This document shows, one piece after another, positions 57,271 to 64,000 of a DNA stretch of 64,000 nucleotides. Numbering within the stretch: the first letter of the stretch is position 1; each line of letters starts with the position of its first letter. The stretch is taken from assembly GCA_965197585.1 (NCBI GenBank), contig OZ240215.1, forward strand, positions 896,001-960,000, read 5' to 3'. Made by a program: the position numbers and the translations under genes. This DNA is from Dehalococcoidia bacterium (GTDB lineage Bacteria; Chloroflexota; Dehalococcoidia; Plut-88900). Below the pieces are notes generated by a model, which saw only the letters and a list, made by a program, of their open reading frames with translations, ran no database searches and was not told where the DNA came from.

Positions 57271-59016
57271 CTACTTGGCGGGTTCCTGTGATGCGCCGCA
57301 GTAGGGGCAGCGCATGTCCTCGGGGTTGGCGCCGTAGTCCTGGGAGGCTGATTCCTCGGAGACGTATTCGTTGATAACGTCGTTGCGCAGGGCTTCGGGG
57401 TCCCGTTGCTCGGGGTTGCCGTAGCCGCCGGAGCCCGCAACATCGTACCAAATTTCGCTGCCGTCGCCGATGGCGAAGGGCGGCCCCTTGCCTGCTACTT
57501 TGCTCTTGTTGCCCTCTTTATCGATCATCTGGATGCTGCTGACCGCTCCGGGCATCCCTCCCCGTAGACCGAAGGGCGCCGAGGTCATCCGTTCGCAGCA
57601 GGTGGTGACCATAGCGGTATGCCCCATGACACGGGTCACGCGCCTGGCGCCCAGCCCGCCACGGTACTTGCCCGGGCCGCCTGAGTCGTTGATCAACTCG
57701 TAGCGGTCGATCATTATCGGGAAGCGCATCTCGATCTGCTCTACGGGAGAGTTCATGGTGTTGGAGATGCCGACCTTGACGCTGTTGATGCCGTCCTGGT
57801 TGGGTCGGGCGCCCATGCCACCGGCCACGGTTTCGTAGCTGACGTAGCGGCGCTTGGTCCTGGGGTGCAGTCCGCCGACGGTCAGGATGGCGGAGGTGCC
57901 CTGGGAGCCTGCCAGCACGTTGTTGGGGTAGCCGGGGGCCACTGCCCCGAAAACCATGTCGCAGATACGGTGGGTCATCTCGTGGTTGGCGAAGACGACC
58001 GGGGCAGGAGGCAGGACGTTGACGACTGAGCCCTCCGGGGCGTTCACGCCGATTGCGCGCCAGGCGCCGGAGTTGGGGGGAATTAGGTCGTTGGGGTCGG
58101 CGATCATCTTGACGGCTGTGTAGACGCCGGAGGCCGTGACGGCAAGGGGTGCGTTCATGGGACCGTCCACCTGGCCATCTGAGCCCGTGAAATCTACCGT
58201 CAAATGGTCGTCTACCTTGTTGACGCGGAGGCGGATGTTGATGGGTTCGTCCTCGGTCTGCCCGATGCCCAGAATGCCGTCGCCATCGCAGAAGTCCTCG
58301 TAGTAGAACTCGCCATCGTCGAATCGTTCGAGCTGGTGTCGGATCATGCGCTCGGAATAGTCCTGGATGCCCTGCATCATCTCGCGTATGAGGTCTACGC
58401 CATACTTCTCGGCGAGAGCCTGGACCCGGATTGCGCCGCGGTGATTTGCGGCTACCTGGGCGCGGAGGTCTCCTCGACGCTCCTCGGGGGTGCGGACATT
58501 GGCAAAGATCAGGTCGTCTATATCCCGGTTTAGCTCGCCCTGGGTGAACAGGCGGACACCGGGGAGCCGGAGACCCTCGCCGTAAATCTCGGTGGTAGCC
58601 CCGTAAGAGCCGGGACTGGCAGAGCCTATGTCGGGCCAGTGGGCACGGACGCAGGTAAATCCGAGGAGCAGGTCGTCGTTGAGATAGATGGGCGTGATGA
58701 CGTTGACGTCTGGGAGATGAGACCCTCCGAAATAGGGGTCGTTGTGGATGAACACGTCGCCGGGGGCTATGTCGTTGGCCCTTGCGAGGATAGCTTTAAC
58801 TGAGAGGGGCATGGAGCCAAGGTGGATGGGGATGTCGGGGCCCTGGGCCACCATATTGCCGGACGCATCGAAGATGCCGCAAGAGTAATCGCCGGCTAAC
58901 TTCAGGATAGGGGAATAGGCGGTCTTGGCGAGGACGACTTTCATCTCCTCGGCGGCGGACAGGAGGCTGTTCTTGATAACCTGGAAGGTGATGGGATCAA
59001 TGTCCTGGTGCATCAT
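57271..59016 (-). CDS. Hydantoinase B/oxoprolinase family protein
   Basis: TAYSP, DYSC, IPIHLG, NDPYFGGSHLPD, RAHWPDIG, EG, NVRTP, DSGGPGKYRGG, GSGGYG. Confidence 0.93.
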   Translation of the reverse strand: MMHQDIDPITFQVIKNSLLSAAEEMKVVLAKTAYSPILKLAGDYSCGIFDASGNMVAQGPDIPIHLGSMPLSVKAILARANDIAPGDVFIHNDPYFGGSHLPDVNVITPIYLNDDLLLGFTCVRAHWPDIGSASPGSYGATTEIYGEGLRLPGVRLFTQGELNRDIDDLIFANVRTPEERRGDLRAQVAANHRGAIRVQALAEKYGVDLIREMMQGIQDYSERMIRHQLERFDDGEFYYEDFCDGDGILGIGQTEDEPINIRLRVNKVDDHLTVDFTGSDGQVDGPMNAPLAVTASGVYTAVKMIADPNDLIPPNSGAWRAIGVNAPEGSVVNVLPPAPVVFANHEMTHRICDMVFGAVAPGYPNNVLAGSQGTSAILTVGGLHPRTKRRYVSYETVAGGMGARPNQDGINSVKVGISNTMNSPVEQIEMRFPIMIDRYELINDSGGPGKYRGGLGARRVTRVMGHTAMVTTCCERMTSAPFGLRGGMPGAVSSIQMIDKEGNKSKVAGKGPPFAIGDGSEIWYDVAGSGGYGNPEQRDPEALRNDVINEYVSEESASQDYGANPEDMRCPYCGASQEPAK

Positions 59017-59034
59017 GGCGTCAGTCCCTCGTGC

Positions 59035-61122
59035 CTAGACGGTAATCTCTATAGTCCCGAACTCGGTTGCCGCGGCCCGTTGGCCCGGGTATACGATGAC
59101 GGTGGAGCTGGACTCCTGTATGACGGCCGGGCCTTCGATCTCTGCGCCCGCGGACAGGTCTCCCCTGTCATATACGGGGCATGAAGTCTGTCCCGACTCC
59201 TTGAAATAGACCTCACGGTGAGATCGAGGGCTAATGTCTTTGCCGTCATTGCTGGAAGAGGATCGCGTGGCGATGAAGTCCGCTCCGAACTTGCCGATGG
59301 CCGAAGCCCGCATGTTGACTAGCTGGATTGGTTCGTCGGGGGCGTTGTAGTCGTACGTGGTGAAGTGCTGGGCATGGTAACGTTCTGCGATGGCACTCAG
59401 GGCGCCTTCTTCGATCTCCGAGGACTCGACTGGTACCGTGAGCTCGTAGGCCTGGTTGCCGTAGCGAATGTCGAGGTAATAGCGGAAATTCCAGTTTTCC
59501 TCGGGAATACCGGACCGGGAGAGCATGGCCCGGGCCTCGGCGGTGATATCCCGATACACGTGGCGCATCCGGTCATCCACGCCTTCCACATCGAGAAGGG
59601 TGTACAGGCTGCGAACGTAGTCTCGCTTCAGGTCCGTGCACACGAGGCCCATGGCAGAAAAGACGCCGGGGTTGGGAGGGATGATGACTTTCTTGATGCC
59701 CAGCTCCTCACCAATACGGCCTGCGTGAACGGGGCCCGCACCGCCGAAGGCGACGAGGGAGTAGTCCCGTGGGTCGTGGCCCCGCTCTATAGAAATCATA
59801 CGTATGGCGTCGGCCATGTTGGAGTTGACGATGTCCACGATGCCCTGGGCAGCCTGCATCAGGTCGAGGCCCAAGGGTTTTCCAACGACGCGATTTATAG
59901 CTGTGGAAGCGCCGTCAATGGAGAGGGGCATGCGCCCGCCGAGGAAGTGGCCGGGATCCAGGTAGCCGAGAACGGCGTCGGCGTCGGTCACAGTCGGGTC
60001 CTGGCCCCCGAGGCCGTAACAAGCGGGGCCGGGTGCTGCGCCTGCACTCTGAGGACCGACCCTGAGGCCGCCTGCGTCGTCGAGCCAGGCTATGCTGCCG
60101 CCACCAGCGGAAACCTCGGCGAGGTCTACGACCGGGACCTTGATGGGGTAGCCGGTGCCCTGGAGCCAGCGCCGTACGTTACCGGAGCCGCCGACCTCGT
60201 ATTCCGTAGTGACACTCACCTCGCCGTTGTTAATCAAGGAGGCCTTGGCCGTGGTGCCTCCCATGTCGAAGGAGATGAGTTGATTTAGCCCGAGGACATT
60301 GCCCAGGGCGACGCTGGCTGTGACACCGGCGGCGGGGCCCGACTCGGTGAGCATGGCGGGGACTCGGAGACCTTCGTCGATGTTGAATACGCCGCCGCTG
60401 GAGCCTGTCAGGTAGAGGGGAGGATAGTCGTCGGTGGCCAGGAAGTCGTTGAGCCGGTTTAGATAGCCTTCCAGGACGGGCGCCACATATGCGCATACGG
60501 CAACGGTGCTGGTGCGCTCGTATTCCCGCATTTCGGGGAGGACTTCGGAGGAGAGGAAGGTTCGGACTTCTGGAAGCTCGCGGCGGAGAATCTTGCCGAT
60601 AGCCTGCTCGTGGACCGGGTTCAGGAAGGAGAAGAGCAGGGATACGGCAATAGCCTTGACCTCGTGGGCCTTTAGAAAGGCGACGATGGGGGCAAGCTCG
60701 GACTCGTCGAGTGGCTTGTATATGTCGCCGTAGGCGTCCACACGTTCGGAGACTTCGAGACGCAGGTGCCTGGGAATGATTACCTGTGGCGGGGGTTGGA
60801 ATATATCGTAGAGCTTGGCCCGGGACTGGCGTCGAATTTCGAGAACGTCTCGGAATCCATCGGTGGTGATGAGGGCGGCTCGGGCGCCCTTGGACTCCAG
60901 GATGGCGTTGGTGACGACGGTGGTAGCGTGGGAAAGAAAGGTGAGGGAGGATGGGGCAATGCCGTGGTCGGTTGAAAGGGCTTTTATGGCGTCGACGACG
61001 GCGGTTGAGTAGTCGGAGGGGGTAGAGGAGACCTTAAATGTGGTCTGCCGACCGGAGTCCTCGTCAACAAGAGCGAGGTCAGTAAAGGTTCCGCCGATGT
61101 CTACGCCGAGTCTAAGGCCCAT
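59035..61122 (-). CDS. Hydantoinase A/oxoprolinase family protein
   Basis: GVDIGGTFTD, HATTVVTNA, REYER, ESGPAAG, DMGGTT, AGGGSIA, VGPQSAGA.PGPACY, FGGAGPVH. Confidence 0.93.
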   Translation of the reverse strand: MGLRLGVDIGGTFTDLALVDEDSGRQTTFKVSSTPSDYSTAVVDAIKALSTDHGIAPSSLTFLSHATTVVTNAILESKGARAALITTDGFRDVLEIRRQSRAKLYDIFQPPPQVIIPRHLRLEVSERVDAYGDIYKPLDESELAPIVAFLKAHEVKAIAVSLLFSFLNPVHEQAIGKILRRELPEVRTFLSSEVLPEMREYERTSTVAVCAYVAPVLEGYLNRLNDFLATDDYPPLYLTGSSGGVFNIDEGLRVPAMLTESGPAAGVTASVALGNVLGLNQLISFDMGGTTAKASLINNGEVSVTTEYEVGGSGNVRRWLQGTGYPIKVPVVDLAEVSAGGGSIAWLDDAGGLRVGPQSAGAAPGPACYGLGGQDPTVTDADAVLGYLDPGHFLGGRMPLSIDGASTAINRVVGKPLGLDLMQAAQGIVDIVNSNMADAIRMISIERGHDPRDYSLVAFGGAGPVHAGRIGEELGIKKVIIPPNPGVFSAMGLVCTDLKRDYVRSLYTLLDVEGVDDRMRHVYRDITAEARAMLSRSGIPEENWNFRYYLDIRYGNQAYELTVPVESSEIEEGALSAIAERYHAQHFTTYDYNAPDEPIQLVNMRASAIGKFGADFIATRSSSSNDGKDISPRSHREVYFKESGQTSCPVYDRGDLSAGAEIEGPAVIQESSSTVIVYPGQRAAATEFGTIEITV

Positions 61123-61157
61123 AGTTGGGTAAGGATATCATAGGTGGGGTGGGGGAG

Positions 61158-61574
61158 TTATGTTTGAGCATCCAACCAATTCTCTACACTCAGGTCAGGA
61201 ATTCTCTGGAAATGGCGGACGTTGCCCGTGACGACCGTGAGGCCACGGGCCAGCGCTATGGCGCCAATTCTGAGGTCAGCGTCAGCCAACGGGGTGCCGC
61301 GACGCTCCAACTCGGCTCGCAACTCACCGTAGCGATGTGCGGCGGAGCGGTCAAAAGGGAGTACACGCATGCTTGCTGGAAAGATACCGCGGATGCGCTG
61401 CAAGAAGAGATCCGTTTGCTGTCGCATGCGGTAGGCTCCGTAGAGTAATTCTCCAAGGGTAATACTAGATGTAAATTGTTGCTCTCCTGGTAATGACGAT
61501 AGCTTGGCAATGAGAGAGGCCGAAGGTTTGCGTTTCAGCAGATTGCTCAGGATGTCCGTGTCTAGCAGGTACAT
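61158..61574 (-). CDS. vapC: PIN-domain toxin VapC
   Basis: YLLDTDILS, ITLGEL, DLRIGAIAL, VTGNVRHF, VENW. Confidence 0.92.
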   Translation of the reverse strand: MYLLDTDILSNLLKRKPSASLIAKLSSLPGEQQFTSSITLGELLYGAYRMRQQTDLFLQRIRGIFPASMRVLPFDRSAAHRYGELRAELERRGTPLADADLRIGAIALARGLTVVTGNVRHFQRIPDLSVENWLDAQT

Positions 61575-61876
61575 CAGAGCTCAAGCTGTACAGACCGCAG
61601 AGTGTCGTTTTCTCGGGATTTGTAAACATCCTCTATGAATGCGTCGATTTCGACATCGCTCGCCTCTTGCCATGCTCCTACCAGGGCCAGGGCTCCTAGA
61701 GGGCTTTGAGAATTCGTTTGATCGTCATGCAGAAGTTCCAAGTCGGCTATGCTTACCAGGGCAACAAGTGGCACTCCACGACGTTCTATAATGATGTGCT
61801 CACCCCCAGAGGCCACCTCTTCTGAAAGAGATGAAAGCCTTGCTTTTGCCTCTGTTGTGCTAACTCTCTTGGCCAC
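61574..61876 (-). CDS. Phd/YefM family antitoxin
   Basis: VSTTEAKARLS.L...V...E.III.RRG.P...LV; AGGAGG before GTG at 61876; stop overlaps vapC start. Confidence 0.88.
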   Translation of the reverse strand: MAKRVSTTEAKARLSSLSEEVASGGEHIIIERRGVPLVALVSIADLELLHDDQTNSQSPLGALALVGAWQEASDVEIDAFIEDVYKSRENDTLRSVQLEL

Positions 61877-61896
61877 AGTGTGAACCTCCTTGGGCA

Positions 61897-61927
61897 TGAC
61901 CAATTGGTCACGACAAGTAACATTATA
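61897..61927 (-). promoter_or_regulatory. TA operon -10 box and operator palindrome
   Basis: Perfect 14-bp palindrome TGACCAATTGGTCA (61897-61910) between TATAAT (61922-61927, minus) and the RBS. Confidence 0.7.
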
Positions 61928-61976
61928 TCTCCCGGGCAAGGACCAAGATAAAACGCATCACCTTGGAGCTTAGATT

Positions 61977-63110
61977 CTAGGTAAACCCGTATATCCGAGC
62001 CGCGTTTCGGAAGGCCATCTTTTCTGCTTCGTCCTGGGGGACTTCGGCTAGCAGTTTGGTGAGTACGGGGAGGGAGTTGGGCCAGGTGGACTCGGTGTGG
62101 GGGTAGTCGGAGCTCCAGAGGATATTGTCTACGCCGACGACGTGTCGGGTGGCGATGCCCGCTACATCCTCCTGGAAAGTGACGAAGACGTTGCGGCGGA
62201 AAAAGTCGCTGGGCAGGGCGTCGCTCTTGTACCGGATCTCCTTGACGTATCGATGCTCTTCGTAGTGACGGTCCATCTGTTGGATGAAATAGGCCGCCCA
62301 ACCGAGTTCGAATTCAACGGCTCCGATGGTAAGGCCGGGGAAGCGTTCGAAGACGCCGGAGAACATCATGTCGCCGATGGCGCGGCGGGGCCAGTAGTCC
62401 TCACTGGCGCGGAAGGAAGAGGTGCCGCCGACGGAGATGTCGTTGGCGAAGGAGCCTATGACCCCGGGCCCCGGGCGATAGGACCCCGAGTGCATTGCCA
62501 ACGGAATTCCCAAGTCCTGGGCCAGAGCCCAGAACCGGTCGTATCTGGGCAGGTCGTAGGTGCGGCCCACGCCGGGATAGGCGGGGATAGCAATACTGGA
62601 CAGTCCTAGGTTGGCGCAGCGTTCCAATTCGGAAAGGGCGTCGTCCATGTCATCGACGTTGATGACGCCGCTTCCCTTGATGGAGTTGGGATATGCGGAG
62701 GAGAACTCGGACATCCAGTCATTCATGGCACGGAAGCATGCGGACATTAGGTCGGAGTCGATGTCGGTCTCGACCAGGCGGACGGCGATGGTGGGGTAGG
62801 TGACCTCCCCGACAACACCGTCGACAGCCATGGCCTTGACCCTCGCATGGGGGTCGTAGGCTGCCTTGGGGGTGTCCTGGAAGGGGGCCTCGATGGTGAG
62901 GGAGTCGGGGTCTTCGAATCGGCGTCCGGCCTGGGAGGGTGCGCCGAGAGACCCGACGTTGATGTCCTTATCCGCAATCCAGCGGTGAACGTCGCCGTCG
63001 AGATACATCCTGGGTCGGCGGTCCCTGAATGGGGCGTCGATACGGGAGTCCCATAGGTCCGGGGGTTCCACCACGTGAGAGTCGGCAGAGATGAGTTTAT
63101 CGATAGTCAT
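61977..63110 (-). CDS. Amidohydrolase_2 family protein
   Basis: ISADSHVVEPPDLW, YPT, NDW, MH, FSGVFERFPGL, WSSDYPHTESTWP. Confidence 0.9.
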   Translation of the reverse strand: MTIDKLISADSHVVEPPDLWDSRIDAPFRDRRPRMYLDGDVHRWIADKDINVGSLGAPSQAGRRFEDPDSLTIEAPFQDTPKAAYDPHARVKAMAVDGVVGEVTYPTIAVRLVETDIDSDLMSACFRAMNDWMSEFSSAYPNSIKGSGVINVDDMDDALSELERCANLGLSSIAIPAYPGVGRTYDLPRYDRFWALAQDLGIPLAMHSGSYRPGPGVIGSFANDISVGGTSSFRASEDYWPRRAIGDMMFSGVFERFPGLTIGAVEFELGWAAYFIQQMDRHYEEHRYVKEIRYKSDALPSDFFRRNVFVTFQEDVAGIATRHVVGVDNILWSSDYPHTESTWPNSLPVLTKLLAEVPQDEAEKMAFRNAARIYGFT

Positions 63111-63219
63111 GGGAGGAGTATAAAAGCCGCATGAAAAGGGTGTCAAAGGAATAGCGAATACGTGGGATTCGGCTAGCCGTCAAGAATGGCGGAAGGTAGG
63201 GGTGTGTTAGAATTTTCAC

Positions 63220-63978
63220 ATGGATTGTGTGATCCGGGCCTCGGGGCTGACAAAACGGTATGGCGATTTGACGGCTGTGGACGACGTGAGCTTCGAAGTG
63301 GAGCGGGGTGAGATATTCGGGCTTCTGGGGCCCAACGGTGCGGGCAAGACCACCACGGTGGAGATTCTGGAAGGGATGAGGAGTCCCAACGAGGGCACGG
63401 CGACGATAGACGGCATAGACGTCACCAAGGACCCGAGGGGTGTCAAAGCCAAAATCGGCGTCCAACTCCAGTCCTCCGCGTTCTTCGGCAATCTGGTAGT
63501 ACTTGAGCTCGTGAGTCTGTTCGGGCACCTCTATGGTCGAAGCATAGATGCCAGGGAAATCTTGGAGAAGGTGGAACTGCTTGACAAGGGGAAAGCGCAG
63601 TACAGGCAGCTGTCCGGCGGGCAGAAACAACGCCTTTCCCTGGCCACCGCTCTTGTGAATGATCCGGTGGTGATGTTCCTTGACGAGCCGACCACGGGCC
63701 TCGATCCCCAGGCCCGCCGCCATATGTGGGACCTCATCAAACGGCTTCGGTCGGACGGTAAGACCATCATGATGACCACCCACTACATGGAAGAGGCTGA
63801 GGAGCTGTGCGACAGGGTTGCTATCATCGACAAGGGTTCGATTGTGGCGCTGGACAGCCCCGACTCCATGATAGACGGCCTCCTGGACACGGGTTTCCGC
63901 AAGGAGAGGGCCAGCAAGTTGGCCAACCTCGAGGATGTCTTCCTGAACCTGACCGGCAAGAGCCTGCGAGAGAACTAG
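63220..63978 (+). CDS. ABC transporter ATP-binding protein (ABC-2/drug export type)
   Basis: GPNGAGKTT, LSGGQKQR, FLDEPTTGLDP, TTHYMEEA. Confidence 0.93.
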   Translation: MDCVIRASGLTKRYGDLTAVDDVSFEVERGEIFGLLGPNGAGKTTTVEILEGMRSPNEGTATIDGIDVTKDPRGVKAKIGVQLQSSAFFGNLVVLELVSLFGHLYGRSIDAREILEKVELLDKGKAQYRQLSGGQKQRLSLATALVNDPVVMFLDEPTTGLDPQARRHMWDLIKRLRSDGKTIMMTTHYMEEAEELCDRVAIIDKGSIVALDSPDSMIDGLLDTGFRKERASKLANLEDVFLNLTGKSLREN

Positions 63979-64000
63979 TTTGCACCCTACCTTCGCCCTG

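Noticed and set aside
1-64000. CRISPR array, rRNA, transposase, integrase or reverse transcriptase
   Set aside because: No regularly spaced repeats and no ORF with the corresponding motifs were seen.

Overview
A GC-rich bacterial chromosome segment, most likely Chloroflexota, class Dehalococcoidia (SAR202-like). This is an inference from a dcw cluster reduced to mraZ-rsmH-ftsZ, homodimeric GlyRS, fused SecDF, class II RNR, GAAC-N4-GTTC-type SOS boxes and paralogue expansions of LLM/F420 oxidoreductases, amidohydrolases, M24 hydrolases and MFS transporters. The first ~34 kb is mostly housekeeping genes (fabF, mtaB, two tRNAs, trmD, mog, mraZ, rsmH, ftsZ, nrdR/nrdJ, proC, pepA, rplS, priA, def, secDF, glyQS, holA). 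The rest is catabolic/accessory DNA; the window carries two toxin-antitoxin pairs and a pseudogene. The two strongest unexplained signals are: (1) two diverged copies (22739-23500 + and 40186-41056 -) of an apparently non-coding ~0.8 kb element with a promoter overlapped by a LexA-like box, co-varying hairpins, short terminal inverted repeats and an unrelated 360-490 bp interior held between 17-18 bp inverted repeats; (2) a CoA-transferase alpha subunit with an in-frame UGA followed by a SECIS-like hairpin, a candidate selenoprotein. All calls were made by eye; no database searches were run.
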